DNA of 61,441 nucleotides from positions 1-61,441 of the IMG/VR virus record IMGVR_UViG_3300020463_000022. One strand, 5' to 3'. The notes below the pieces were generated by a model. The model worked only from the letters and a program-made list of their open reading frames with translations. It made no database searches and had not been told where the DNA came from. This document shows positions 1 to 9,938 of the stretch, one piece after another. Within the stretch, counting starts at the first letter, position 1. Each line of letters starts with the position of its first letter. The DNA is from a virus. Its lineage: Duplodnaviria; Caudoviricetes. The position numbers were made by a program, and so were the translations under genes.

Positions 1-115
1 GTACGACTGTTATACTAGAAGATCAAACCGGTAGACCTCACATAACTAAAGACGGGGTTACCGTTGCAAAAACAATAAACTTATCAGAACCAGTAGAACA
101 CCTTGCGGCAGAGAT
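1..115. repeat. Terminal overlap (circular assembly), copy 1
   Basis: 1-115 equals 61327-61441 except at positions 20 (A vs G) and 89 (A vs T). It lies inside groEL, so it is an assembly overlap rather than a biological terminus. Confidence 0.95.
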
Positions 116-1490
116 AATAAAGCAAGCTTCAATTAAGACTGCTGATGAAGCTGGCGACGGAACAACTACTTCAATCGTTTTAGCTAGATCGATTATATCT
201 AATGCATTTAAAAAAATTAAAGAAAACCCTAAAATAAACGTTACAATACTTAGGGAAGAAATAGATTATATTTCAGAGAAGGTATGTAAATACCTGGATA
301 AAAAAGCAAAGCCAGTAGATCAATACTCGGTTGAAAATGTAGCTACAATATCAGCAAATAACGATCCTACTCTTGGAAAAATTATTTCACAGGCATACAA
401 TAAAGTTGGGGTGGACGGCGTCGTGACAATAGAAGAATCTATGAGGCCCGATCATAAAACATATGTGGAGATAGTGGAGGGAACAAGAATTAAAAGAGGC
501 TTTCAAAGTCCATACCTCATCACTGACAAAGAAAAGAACACTGTCGTACTAGATAATCCTTTTGTTTTAATATCTGATAAAAAAATTGACACTCTTGACG
601 ATATATCGATTCCGTGTAAAGCCGCTATGAATACTAAAAGATCGCTACTAATTATATCTGAGATAGAACAAACCGTAATGAACGTGCTTAATGTTAATAA
701 AGCAAAAGGTATTATCAAAGTGAATGTACTTCCGCCAGAAGGGGTCGGGTTAAATAGGTTTGAGTTATTAGAAGACCTTGCGTCTATGACTGGAGCGATT
801 GTGGTATCAGATCAGACGGGTAACGACTGGAATGGCGTGACAGCTGAATTTCTTGGCGAAGCCAAAAAGTCGGTGTCAACAAATAAAGAAACTATACTTA
901 CACTAAACCTAAAAAAAACTGCTGACGCAGTTAATGAAAAAATAGAGAGGATAAAAGCTATAATCAAAAACAAAGAAGATATATCTAATGATTGGCATTA
1001 TAAGGACCGACTCTCTAGGCTTTCTGGTGGAATTGCTGCAATATTTGTTGGTGCGCACACTGAAATAGAAATGAAAGAAAAAAAAGATAGGGTAGATGAT
1101 TCTATATGCGCAACAAGGGCAGCACTTGAGGAAGGTATACTTCCAGGAGGGGGAGCTGCTCTTTTTCATGCGTCTTCAACTATATATTGGGGAATTGAGG
1201 AAAAAGAAGAAAGAAGGGCTGCATGTGAAATATTGTGGAGATCCCTTCGAGAACCACTTAAAACTATAGTTAACAACTCAGGTATGCCTGTAAGTGAGAT
1301 AGAGGAGAAGGTGGGGGCGTCCGGTAGACACTCTTACGGTTATGATGTTAAGAACAAAAGAATAGGAGACATGTTTAGGTATGGCATAATCGATCCACTA
1401 AAAGTAACCAAGATGGCTCTTAAGAACGCTATATCGGTCTCTAATACTATTTTGCAAACCAATTGTGTCATATCAAACAAAAGAGCATGA
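1..1490 (+). CDS. groEL: Group I chaperonin GroEL, 3' part (gene starts at 61224; about 530 aa in total)
   Basis: Frame +3 is open from nt 3 and contains ITKDGVTVAK, AGDGTTTS, ATISANND, GVVTIEE, KEKKDRVDD, EEGILPGGG and GIIDPLKV. It joins in frame to the ATG at 61224. Confidence 0.96.
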   Translation, partial: TTVILEDQTGRPHITKDGVTVAKTINLSEPVEHLAAEIIKQASIKTADEAGDGTTTSIVLARSIISNAFKKIKENPKINVTILREEIDYISEKVCKYLDKKAKPVDQYSVENVATISANNDPTLGKIISQAYNKVGVDGVVTIEESMRPDHKTYVEIVEGTRIKRGFQSPYLITDKEKNTVVLDNPFVLISDKKIDTLDDISIPCKAAMNTKRSLLIISEIEQTVMNVLNVNKAKGIIKVNVLPPEGVGLNRFELLEDLASMTGAIVVSDQTGNDWNGVTAEFLGEAKKSVSTNKETILTLNLKKTADAVNEKIERIKAIIKNKEDISNDWHYKDRLSRLSGGIAAIFVGAHTEIEMKEKKDRVDDSICATRAALEEGILPGGGAALFHASSTIYWGIEEKEERRAACEILWRSLREPLKTIVNNSGMPVSEIEEKVGASGRHSYGYDVKNKRIGDMFRYGIIDPLKVTKMALKNAISVSNTILQTNCVISNKRA

Positions 1491-1744
1491 AGGCATTAGG
1501 AAGCTTTGTTCTACTAGAAGAACAAAAAGAGGAAATTAAAAATGATATGGGGTTGATTGTAACCGCATCAAGTGAACAAAAAATAAGATATAAACTCGCA
1601 AAAGTAATAACAACAGGAGAAGATGTAAATGGAATTAACGCTGGAGATAGTGTTTATTATGACACTGCTGCTGGTTCTGATATCAGAGTTAACGGGAAGA
1701 AGTTAGTGGTTGTTCATGATAGGGGAGTTGTTATAGTCTTGTGA
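1487..1744 (+). CDS. groES: Co-chaperonin GroES
   Basis: ATGA overlap with the groEL stop. 85 aa, MKALGSFVLL...GLIV...AKVITTG...GDSVYY, which is the GroES pattern. Confidence 0.88.
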   Translation: MKALGSFVLLEEQKEEIKNDMGLIVTASSEQKIRYKLAKVITTGEDVNGINAGDSVYYDTAAGSDIRVNGKKLVVVHDRGVVIVL

Positions 1745-2481
1745 TCTTATTTGATTTAGAAGACGATAATATTATTCTTCAAACCTACGTTGATTTCGGT
1801 GGGTATGATTTCGTTTGGTTTGAGAATCCAATTAATTATTATAACATTAAAAACATCACTGCAAGAATATCTTCATTTGAGCAACTTAAGTGGTATGCAG
1901 AGGTTTTTTTCTATTTAAACCCTGACATAGACTTAAAAATATTTAAAGGGTTTTTTCAGGCAATTTCAAGTACCGATTTTGGAAAAACGGTTAGATCTTA
2001 TGGACGAGCAAGAACAGGATCTATGGTAGCGGATGTTTATAAAGAAAAATCCATCCCTTGGTGTAGAAGGAAGAGAAGGCTTATATTCAATCCAGAAATA
2101 ATCATGTCTCCCGAAGAAAAGAAAAGTATATCAGCTACACTATGCAAAAGAGGTGTTGTTTTTACCAAGAGTGACGTCCTGGACGCTATAGAGTATTTTA
2201 GGAAGTTTAATATCATTATTACTTCACAAAGAATATCTCGTCACATTAATTGTTCTTTACCAACAGTTAATAGACTTCTTGACAAAAAAACTAAAGACAT
2301 TATTAAGTTTTACAACATTACAATAAGAGAAGAAAAGAAAATACTTAAGGTTGTTGAGTCTATTCAAATACTTACCTCAGGAGGTGATGAAATTAAAATA
2401 AGGTCTTTGAAACTTCTTACAGCTGAAAGAAACTACGAAATTATTAAAAAAGCAATTGCTAGGTTTGAGAGTTGCCTCTAG
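1741..2481 (+). CDS. Hypothetical protein with possible C-terminal HTH
   Basis: 246-aa ORF overlapping the groES stop. ITSQRISRHINCSLPTVNRLL resembles an HTH. Confidence 0.6.
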   Translation: MILFDLEDDNIILQTYVDFGGYDFVWFENPINYYNIKNITARISSFEQLKWYAEVFFYLNPDIDLKIFKGFFQAISSTDFGKTVRSYGRARTGSMVADVYKEKSIPWCRRKRRLIFNPEIIMSPEEKKSISATLCKRGVVFTKSDVLDAIEYFRKFNIIITSQRISRHINCSLPTVNRLLDKKTKDIIKFYNITIREEKKILKVVESIQILTSGGDEIKIRSLKLLTAERNYEIIKKAIARFESCL

Positions 2482-2953
2482 ACACGAGATTCATCTTTTT
2501 AATTATTTCCCTATATTTTTTGTCCATATATCCAGCGCTTTTAGAAAATATTGGATTTCTGTAAGGGTTTTCAGATATTTCTTCTTCTTGTGTTAGCTTC
2601 TTATATGTATGAGAACATATTAATTTACTTTTTTGTGACAACTCATACAGGGTTTGATAATGATACTTTTTACCTTCTCTCCATGTTTTTATATATCCCT
2701 GTGTAACCATATCACTAAACCTTCTTTTATCCCAATCTATAAGCTTTGAAAAAGAAAAAAATTGTTCTTTAGTAAATATGTTTTCATCGTATAAGAAAAG
2801 AAGTATTTCTAGTGTGGGTGTATTTATCTCATACTTCCTGGTTATGTAGTATTTGATAATTCTCCAGTTTTTTAAAAAGTTGTGTTTTTTGTGTCTTGGT
2901 CTGTATGTGGGCTTCTTTTCTCCTTTTTTGCTAATGTAATAAGCTTTTCGCAT
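2459..2953 (-). CDS. Putative winged-helix DNA-binding protein
   Basis: Basic ORF with LEILLFLY...MVTQGYI...LYELSQK (wHTH-like). ATG at 2953 preferred over TTG at 2977. TAGTTTTG -7 box at 2975-2982 (-). Confidence 0.55.
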   Translation of the reverse strand: MRKAYYISKKGEKKPTYRPRHKKHNFLKNWRIIKYYITRKYEINTPTLEILLFLYDENIFTKEQFFSFSKLIDWDKRRFSDMVTQGYIKTWREGKKYHYQTLYELSQKSKLICSHTYKKLTQEEEISENPYRNPIFSKSAGYMDKKYREIIKKMNLVSRGNSQT

Positions 2954-2998
2954 TGGTCTTGTTGTGACTTTGTCCAAAACTACAAATTTTAAAATTCT

Positions 2999-3006
2999 TA
3001 TCTTTG
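2999..3006 (+). promoter_or_regulatory. Bacteroidota -7 promoter box TATCTTTG
   Basis: TAnnTTTG 22 nt upstream of the ATG at 3029, at a divergent gene junction. Confidence 0.6.
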
Positions 3007-3028
3007 CCTATGTAAATATATTTACAAT

Positions 3029-3328
3029 ATGGCGGCAAAGCTTGATAAATCTAAGATGAGTTGTAACAAACCTAGGAAAAGTCCAAATCCTAAGAAAAAG
3101 AGGGTCGTTAAAGCTTGTTCAGGTGGAACTGAAAAAATAATTCATTATGGCGCTTCGGGTTATGGTCATAATTATAGTAATGCTGCTAGAAAATCTTTTA
3201 GGGCTAGACACAAATGCGGTCAGGCAAAAAATAAATTGACTGCACGCTATTGGGCTTGCAAAGACTTATGGGCTGGAAAAGGAGGGTCCACCAAATCATC
3301 TCCTAAATCGAAACAAGGAAAATATTAG
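3029..3328 (+). CDS. Small basic phage protein
   Basis: 99 aa, K/R-rich, with ARKSFRARHKC...TARYWAC. Confidence 0.8.
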   Translation: MAAKLDKSKMSCNKPRKSPNPKKKRVVKACSGGTEKIIHYGASGYGHNYSNAARKSFRARHKCGQAKNKLTARYWACKDLWAGKGGSTKSSPKSKQGKY

Positions 3329-3331
3329 AAT

Positions 3332-3514
3332 ATGAAAAATAATGGTTATTACTCTCCGGCGGGAAGCACGAGTTATGGTAAAATGGGACCCTTTAACAAA
3401 AAGAAAAAGAAAAGAGTTGTATCGAAGAAACAAGGTCCTTTTGGAACAATGTTCGTAACTGAAAAACCAGTCGTTAGGGATGTTGAAGTTGTGAAGCCCA
3501 AAAAAAGAGGATGA
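3332..3514 (+). CDS. Small basic hypothetical protein
   Basis: 60 aa, tightly packed between neighbours. Confidence 0.65.
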   Translation: MKNNGYYSPAGSTSYGKMGPFNKKKKKRVVSKKQGPFGTMFVTEKPVVRDVEVVKPKKRG

Positions 3515-3693
3515 AAGGGCCTTTTAAAAACCATACTGGGCTTGGAGATACCGTTGCCGCTGTTACACAAGTGACAGGAATAAAGGCAATAGTTGATGCG
3601 GGATCAAAAGCTTTTAACAAGCCCTGTGGGTGTGATGGAAGAAGAAAAACATTAAATGATTTATTTCCTTATGGCAAAAGAGAAAAGAAATAA
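3511..3693 (+). CDS. Small protein with GLGDT...CGCxxR motif
   Basis: 60 aa, ATGA overlap. Confidence 0.75.
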   Translation: MKGPFKNHTGLGDTVAAVTQVTGIKAIVDAGSKAFNKPCGCDGRRKTLNDLFPYGKREKK

Positions 3694-3826
3694 AATATGC
3701 CCTTCAGGCATAGCATGGGCAAAAAGAACCTTTGATAAATATCCATCGGCATATGCAAATATGGCGGCGAGTAAATATTGCAAAGATCCCAATTATGCAA
3801 AAAACTCAAAAAGAAAAAAGAAATGA
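3671..3826 (+). CDS. Small basic protein with YPSAYAN motif (not in ORF track)
   Basis: MAKEKRNKICPSGIAWAKRTFDKYPSAYANMAASKYCK..., 51 aa. Its stop overlaps the next ATG. Confidence 0.7.
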   Translation: MAKEKRNKICPSGIAWAKRTFDKYPSAYANMAASKYCKDPNYAKNSKRKKK

Positions 3827-4242
3827 AACTTCCCTCTAACGGTGTGGCCAAAGACATACGTCACTATATTGGCGCATTAATCGTGTTTTTTTTAGTTGTG
3901 ATAATATTATTTTATTTGACCAGGTATAAAATACCAAACGAAAATGCACAAATCGTTAACACAATCATCGGCATGATAGTTGCGAGCCTGGCGATGGTAA
4001 TAAGCAGTATCACTGGGCGCAACCCTGATGACTTAGATGCCGCAAAAAAGAAAATAAGTAATTTAGAGATGAAGATTGAAATGCTTGTAAATGCTAAAGA
4101 TATGCTGGAAGGCATGTTGATTAAACTACAAGACGACACAATAGATCGGTTATTGTTAAACAAAACACTAGAATTTGACACAAAACAAAGAAGCTGTGTT
4201 TGTGGGGAAAACTCTTGTAAATGTGAAGGACAAGATGGGTGA
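3823..4242 (+). CDS. Two-TM membrane protein with coiled coil
   Basis: ATG at 3823 (MKLPSNG). Two hydrophobic helices followed by a heptad-rich segment. Confidence 0.7.
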   Translation: MKLPSNGVAKDIRHYIGALIVFFLVVIILFYLTRYKIPNENAQIVNTIIGMIVASLAMVISSITGRNPDDLDAAKKKISNLEMKIEMLVNAKDMLEGMLIKLQDDTIDRLLLNKTLEFDTKQRSCVCGENSCKCEGQDG

Positions 4243-4474
4243 ACTTAAAAAATGGAGAGAACAAAAGTGGGTTAGAATCGGTACTGACGGCTCTATACTA
4301 GGTCCATGTGGAACAAGTAAAAACAAAAAAAATCCTGACAGATGTTTACCTTTGTCAAAAGCAAGGTCTCTATCTAAATCAGAAAGAGCCGCAACTGCTA
4401 AAAAGAAAAAGAGGGAAGGCTCAACTGGAAAACAGTTCGTCTCTAATACAAAAAAAGCAAAAGTAAAATCATGA
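4235..4474 (+). CDS. Small basic protein (LKKWREQKWV...CG...PDRCLP)
   Basis: ATG at 4235, 79 aa. Confidence 0.75.
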   Translation: MGELKKWREQKWVRIGTDGSILGPCGTSKNKKNPDRCLPLSKARSLSKSERAATAKKKKREGSTGKQFVSNTKKAKVKS

Positions 4475-4623
4475 TAAACTCAAAAAAAATTAAAGCACCA
4501 GCAGGATTTCATTGGATGAAATCGTCTAAAGGTTTAAAATTAATGAAACATACTGGTAAATTTGTAAAACACAAAGGGGCATCTTTGTATGCTGATTTTA
4601 AAATACAAAAAAAACACAAATAA
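4471..4623 (+). CDS. Small basic protein (APAGFHWM)
   Basis: 50 aa, ATGA overlap, read directly from the sequence. Confidence 0.65.
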   Translation: MINSKKIKAPAGFHWMKSSKGLKLMKHTGKFVKHKGASLYADFKIQKKHK

Positions 4624-4625
4624 TT

Positions 4626-4760
4626 ATGCCGTATAGTAAATATAGTGCAAAGCAGAAGAAGCTTGCGAGAGTAGCTCCTCCAAGAAATAAGATTACTTCT
4701 TTGGATCTCAAAGTCTTAAGAGACAATAAGAAGAAAAAGAAAACAAAGAAAAATGGATGA
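4626..4760 (+). CDS. Small basic protein
   Basis: MPYSKYSAKQKKLA..., 44 aa. Confidence 0.6.
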   Translation: MPYSKYSAKQKKLARVAPPRNKITSLDLKVLRDNKKKKKTKKNG

Positions 4761-4902
4761 TTTGAGAGTATATGGAATAAATATCTCTGCAATTACAGGG
4801 GTTGGAATAAGTGATATAAATCCTTTATTGTCAACTTTAGTTTTGACCGCAACGCTTGTTTACACTGTGATACAGATTATAGAGAAAACAAAAAAGAAAT
4901 GA
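4753..4902 (+). CDS. Small membrane protein (holin/antiholin-like)
   Basis: 49 aa, hydrophobic helix plus basic tail, just upstream of the endolysin. Confidence 0.55.
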   Translation: MDDLRVYGINISAITGVGISDINPLLSTLVLTATLVYTVIQIIEKTKKK

Positions 4903-4972
4903 AAAAATTTATAGATAAACTACAAAAAGCCTGGAATAGCCTTTTGTATAAGTTGATGTTTAAAAAATACAA

Positions 4973-5317
4973 ATGAAACATTTTTCTGAATCAGAATTTA
5001 GTAATTTTAAAATGATGGATAAAAAACTCTTAACCATGTTAGACGAGTTAAGGGATATTTACGGTCATCCTATTAAAATAACTTCAAGTTACAGAAGCCC
5101 AAGCCACCCTATAGAAGCAGCAAAAAACGAACCTGGCGAGCACGCCTATGGCGCAGCTGTCGATATATTAAGCGATAGTGGTGGTAAAACATTTAGGCTT
5201 GTCAAGGCTGCTATTCAAGTAGGATTTGAAAGAATTGGAATAAGCAGAAAAAAAGGATTTATACATTTGGGCATTGGATATCCAGGAGCGCCTGAAAAAA
5301 CAATTTGGACATATTAA
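4973..5317 (+). CDS. Endolysin, peptidase M15 family
   Basis: HFSESEF...ITSSYRS...GEHAYGAAVDI...GFIHL zinc-peptidase motifs. Confidence 0.88.
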   Translation: MKHFSESEFSNFKMMDKKLLTMLDELRDIYGHPIKITSSYRSPSHPIEAAKNEPGEHAYGAAVDILSDSGGKTFRLVKAAIQVGFERIGISRKKGFIHLGIGYPGAPEKTIWTY

Positions 5318-5318
5318 T

Positions 5319-5732
5319 ATGGCAAAAAAAGCATTTAAAGAAACTGCCGTTGGAAAATTTTTACTTCAAAAAATTCCCTCAGTCGTTGGCGCTATCGCCG
5401 AAGATACACCTGTTGGAAGTGTCATTCAAGCTATTATAGGAGGTTCTGACATGTCTGAGCAAGACAAGCAGGTCGCTTTAAAAAAGCTAGAGCTAGAAAG
5501 AGCCGAAATGGATGGCATAACAAGAAGATGGGTGGCAGACGCCAGAAGTGGTTTCCTTCCTTCTAACGTAAGGCCGTTAACATTAATATTTCTTACAGTC
5601 TCTTTTGTTATTGGATGGTATATGCAGATAGAAGGCTTATCAGTTGTCAAAGAACTTCTCTTTGTAGTCTTTGCGGGGTATTTCGGCGGAAGATCTTACG
5701 AGAAGGTGATGGGTAATAAAAACCACAAATAA
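5319..5732 (+). CDS. Holin (3TM/GTA-holin-like)
   Basis: RRWVAD...NVRPLTL, TM helices and GYFGGRSYEK. Follows the endolysin. Confidence 0.75.
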   Translation: MAKKAFKETAVGKFLLQKIPSVVGAIAEDTPVGSVIQAIIGGSDMSEQDKQVALKKLELERAEMDGITRRWVADARSGFLPSNVRPLTLIFLTVSFVIGWYMQIEGLSVVKELLFVVFAGYFGGRSYEKVMGNKNHK

Positions 5733-8700
5733 TGGCTAGAATACAAACATATGAACAAGATAGTAATGTAACTTTTCAAGACAAGCTGATAGGAACAGAT
5801 TCAGCAAGCTCTGCAACAAAGAATTTTACTATTCAAAGCTTAATGGACGTTATAAATCAGTTGAGTGGAATTGACTTGTTTGATGGTATAGTTTTTAAAT
5901 ATCAAGCGTTTGAGCCAGCTGCTGCAGATCCTGCGGGAGCATTAAACCTTGTTGGCGGGGCTGCGGCTACGCAAGCATTTACAGCAACAACTCAGATAAT
6001 AGTATCAAAAAAAGTTGTTAATGGTATTGATGTAGAAAATTATGTAAGTTCATTTTTAGGCAAAAAAATAAAAGTTTCAAAGCAAGGAGACTTTGATAAG
6101 TTTGGTGTATTTAGAGTTACTAATGTTCAGAATCATTCAAACACTAGGTATTTAGTTTTAACTGTAACCCATAAAGAGTCAAACGGAAGTTTTGAGCCAA
6201 ACAGTTATTATTTCCTTTCTTTTTATGGACTCCCTTTAGTTACAGATTTAGAAGATGTTACTAATGCTGGGTCTGGACTAATAATAACTGACGCAGAAAG
6301 AACTACTTTGGGCACAGCATTACAGCCTTCAGATATAACAGACAACCTTACCTCTACAGATGCAAATAAAGCTTTATCTGCAAATCAAGGAAAGATACTT
6401 AAAGATCTTACAGACGATCTATTTACTTTATTAGACGTTGACGCAGCAGATAAGCCTGCTTTGGACACACTTAGAGAGGTTGTTAATTTTTGTCAAATAA
6501 ATGCAGCTACTTTATCTTCTTTAGGGATAGGCAGCATTGCGGGACTTCAAGTTGCTTTAAATGCAAAGGTTGATGTTGTATCCGGTAAAGCTCTTTCAGA
6601 AAATGATTTTACAAATGCGCTTTTAACTAAATTAAACGGAATAGCCACTGGAGCTCAAGTAAATGTAAAACCAGATTTCAGTGCCACAGCAGGTGCTGCT
6701 AATGAAATATTAAACATACCTTCAGACATAACTGATTTGTCTGCTCATAACGTAACTGAGCTTTCAGATGTAAATACAGCTTTTTTTACAGGATCCACAG
6801 CTACTGCTTTAACAGACGCAGGATCAGGATCTATTATTACAAACACAGAAAGGACGAAGCTTGGCGCAATAGATGTCAATCCTACAAATTCTACAATAAC
6901 AGATGGGACTGATAGTATTACTGTCGCTCCTTCTTCTAGAACTATAGAGGTTGCAGGGACTACAAATGAAGTTGAGGTATCTCCTACCGGAGCGCAAGAT
7001 CTTTCCACAAACAGAACGTTTACAGTTGGACTTCCAAATGATGTAACCATAGGAAATGATTTAACAGTAACTGGAGCTGCAACCGCCGCTTCTTTTGTAA
7101 AATCAGGAGGAACCTCAGCACAAATTCTTTTGGCTAATGGATCGGTTATTGATCTGACAATAGAATCCCAAGGAATAAATAGCAACGATAGTGATACAAA
7201 GGTTCCTTCAAATGCTGCTGTTAAAGATGCGATAGATACTGCGGTTACAAATCTTGTAAATGGTGCTCCAACAGCACTAGATACATTAAATGAATTAGCC
7301 GCAGCCTTAGGGGATGATGCCGCTTTTTCTACTACTATAACAACAGCTTTAGGTAACAGGCTAAAATTTGATTCTTCTCAAACTTTAAGTTCTGCAGAAA
7401 AAACTCAAATACTAACAAACTTAGGGATTACCTCTACCATTCAAGAAATTAATTTTTTAGATGGAGTAACTTCTACTCTAGCATATAAAAGCCATACAGT
7501 AACTGTAGGAAGCAAGACAGGAGGAGGAAATGCTTTTTATGTAGACGGAGGCGAAACACCTGTGCTTATTATTTTGCCAGGAGCTAAATATAGGTTTGAT
7601 GTAAGCGACAGTACAAACACAGGGCATGCTTTTCAATTTAGTGAAAATGTAGATGGCGCAGGTACTGGATCATATACAGCTAATGCAACTGCTGTAGGAA
7701 CTCCTGGACAATCTGGAGCATATATCGATATAACTGGAAGTTACCAATATCCGTCATTATATTACTACTGTCCTTTCCATAACGGAATGGGAAATAGGCT
7801 TAAAACAGACGCTAGTTCTTATTTAGGAGGTCTTACTTCAGATAAAATAGAGTTTGATCATGATTTAATTCTAGATTCTAAAATAGTTACAAAGCATAGT
7901 AATACCGTAAAGACTATGGTTGTTACTGTTGTAACTAAAACTGCAGCACACCCAGCACACGGTGTAGCCGGGGCATCTAGTTCAGGATATTCTATAGACG
8001 GTATAGAATCGCCTGAGTTAACTTTTGCTGTAGGAAATACTTATAAGTTTGATCAATCAGATTCAACTAATACAAACCACCCTCTTAGGTTTTATACTGA
8101 CGAGGCAAAAACAGCTATATTTGGATCAGGAGTAACTACATCGGGTACACCTGGTCAAAGTGGTGCATATACTCAAATCATACCTTTAGAGACAACACCT
8201 AATACATTATACTATCAGTGTTCAGCCCATGTTAAAATGGGCTGGAAGGCTGTATTTAATACAAGAAACTTAACAAATTTTTTAACTGATGATTTAAATG
8301 AAGGTTCTTCTAATCTTTATTATACAGACGCAAGAGTATTAGCTAAAATCAACTCAACAAGTATTGATGCTCTTAGTGATGTAGATACAACAACAAGCGC
8401 TCCATCTTCAGGGCAGGCTCTTGTTTGGAATGGAAGTAATTTTGTGCCAAATACCGTAGGAAGCACTTTAACAGTACAAGAAGAGGGTAGTGCGTTATCT
8501 AATGCGGCAACTATATTAAATTTTGTAGGGTCAGGGGTTACAGCCTCTGGATCCGGTGGAACAAAAACAATAACTATAGGAGGTAGTATTGATGATTTAT
8601 CTGATGTAGATATTACAAGCAATGCTCCGTCTACAGGACAAATACTAAAATGGGATGGAACTAATTTTGTCCCAGGAACGGATAACTCTGGATCAGCGGC

Positions 8701-9937
8701 TTCTGACTCATTTACTACTATTTCAGTTTCAGGCCAAACAAATGTAGTTGCAGACTCAAGTTCTGACACACTTACTTTGGCTGCTGGAGACAACATGACT
8801 ATAACTACAGACACTTCCACGGACACTATAACACTTGCTGCAACTGGAGGTACTGGACAAATTGTAAAGCAATCTTTTAATGGAACCGGATCACAGGCGG
8901 TATTTACCTTATCAAATACCATTTCTGATATTGATAATATTTCTGTTTATGTAAGTGGGGTGTTGCAATACCCATCAAACTACACAGTTAGCGGAACAGA
9001 CATAACTTTTGTTGCTGGATCAATACCAGTCTCTGGAACTAACAATATTCATGTAATACACACAACAGCTGCGCCAAATGTTGCTGATGTAGGAACTGTT
9101 TTTTTAGATCAATTTACAGGAGATGGCACAAGCACACAGTTTTCTCCCTTAAGCACAACCCCTACAAGTGAAGACTTTACGGACGTATATATAGATGGTG
9201 TATATCAACAAAAAAACGCTTATAGTATTGCTGGGACACAAATCGATTTTGGTTCTGGTAATGCCCCAGTTAGCGGAGCTTATATTGAAGTTAAAACAAC
9301 GGGATCAATAGCTCCTGCTGCTGTCAGTGCTGCACAAACTACTTTAGTTTCAGATGCATTTACTGCAACCTCAGGACAGACGTCATTTACACTTGTTAAC
9401 GGAAGCCCTTCTTCGAAAGAGCTAACTATGGTTTTTATTCAGGGTGTTTATCAAGCTAAAACAAATTATAGTTTAAACTCTGGAGCAATAGTTTTCAGCC
9501 CAGGAGTAACTTTAGGAGATACCGTAGAGGTTATATCTGTCTCAGGCGCAAACTTAACAACAAGCCCTGTAACTAGCGTAAACGGACAAACAGGGGTAGT
9601 TTCAATAGCAGCAGGTGTAAGTAGTGTAAATGGTCAGACAGGAGCTGTTACTGTAGCTTCTACCATGGGCGTTAATGTGATAAACTCAAGCACAACAGCT
9701 ACAGCAAACAATCTTTATGTACTTACAGCAAATCTTACATTAACCCTCCCTGCTAGTCCAAGTGCAGGGGACTCTATAAAAATATCAAATAGATCAGGGG
9801 TTGCCACTTGTATTATTGGCAGGGGAGGAAGCAATATAATGGGAGCTGCATCTGATTTAACGTTAGACACAGCATCAGCAAGTTTTGAATTAATATACTC
9901 AGACGCAACAAACGGATGGGTAATAATAGGACAATAA
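5732..9937 (+). CDS. Long tail fibre protein
   Basis: 1401 aa, S/T/G-rich. Contains ALSANQGKILK, APTALDTLNELAAALGDD, LSDV repeats, VYVSGV/VFIQGV repeats, VTSVNGQTG, and two LYYxCxxHxxMG domains. Confidence 0.85.
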   Translation: MARIQTYEQDSNVTFQDKLIGTDSASSATKNFTIQSLMDVINQLSGIDLFDGIVFKYQAFEPAAADPAGALNLVGGAAATQAFTATTQIIVSKKVVNGIDVENYVSSFLGKKIKVSKQGDFDKFGVFRVTNVQNHSNTRYLVLTVTHKESNGSFEPNSYYFLSFYGLPLVTDLEDVTNAGSGLIITDAERTTLGTALQPSDITDNLTSTDANKALSANQGKILKDLTDDLFTLLDVDAADKPALDTLREVVNFCQINAATLSSLGIGSIAGLQVALNAKVDVVSGKALSENDFTNALLTKLNGIATGAQVNVKPDFSATAGAANEILNIPSDITDLSAHNVTELSDVNTAFFTGSTATALTDAGSGSIITNTERTKLGAIDVNPTNSTITDGTDSITVAPSSRTIEVAGTTNEVEVSPTGAQDLSTNRTFTVGLPNDVTIGNDLTVTGAATAASFVKSGGTSAQILLANGSVIDLTIESQGINSNDSDTKVPSNAAVKDAIDTAVTNLVNGAPTALDTLNELAAALGDDAAFSTTITTALGNRLKFDSSQTLSSAEKTQILTNLGITSTIQEINFLDGVTSTLAYKSHTVTVGSKTGGGNAFYVDGGETPVLIILPGAKYRFDVSDSTNTGHAFQFSENVDGAGTGSYTANATAVGTPGQSGAYIDITGSYQYPSLYYYCPFHNGMGNRLKTDASSYLGGLTSDKIEFDHDLILDSKIVTKHSNTVKTMVVTVVTKTAAHPAHGVAGASSSGYSIDGIESPELTFAVGNTYKFDQSDSTNTNHPLRFYTDEAKTAIFGSGVTTSGTPGQSGAYTQIIPLETTPNTLYYQCSAHVKMGWKAVFNTRNLTNFLTDDLNEGSSNLYYTDARVLAKINSTSIDALSDVDTTTSAPSSGQALVWNGSNFVPNTVGSTLTVQEEGSALSNAATILNFVGSGVTASGSGGTKTITIGGSIDDLSDVDITSNAPSTGQILKWDGTNFVPGTDNSGSAASDSFTTISVSGQTNVVADSSSDTLTLAAGDNMTITTDTSTDTITLAATGGTGQIVKQSFNGTGSQAVFTLSNTISDIDNISVYVSGVLQYPSNYTVSGTDITFVAGSIPVSGTNNIHVIHTTAAPNVADVGTVFLDQFTGDGTSTQFSPLSTTPTSEDFTDVYIDGVYQQKNAYSIAGTQIDFGSGNAPVSGAYIEVKTTGSIAPAAVSAAQTTLVSDAFTATSGQTSFTLVNGSPSSKELTMVFIQGVYQAKTNYSLNSGAIVFSPGVTLGDTVEVISVSGANLTTSPVTSVNGQTGVVSIAAGVSSVNGQTGAVTVASTMGVNVINSSTTATANNLYVLTANLTLTLPASPSAGDSIKISNRSGVATCIIGRGGSNIMGAASDLTLDTASASFELIYSDATNGWVIIGQ

Positions 9938-9938
9938 T

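Noticed and set aside
1-115. Biological direct terminal repeat
   Set aside because: It falls within the groEL reading frame and is typical of assembler circular overlap.
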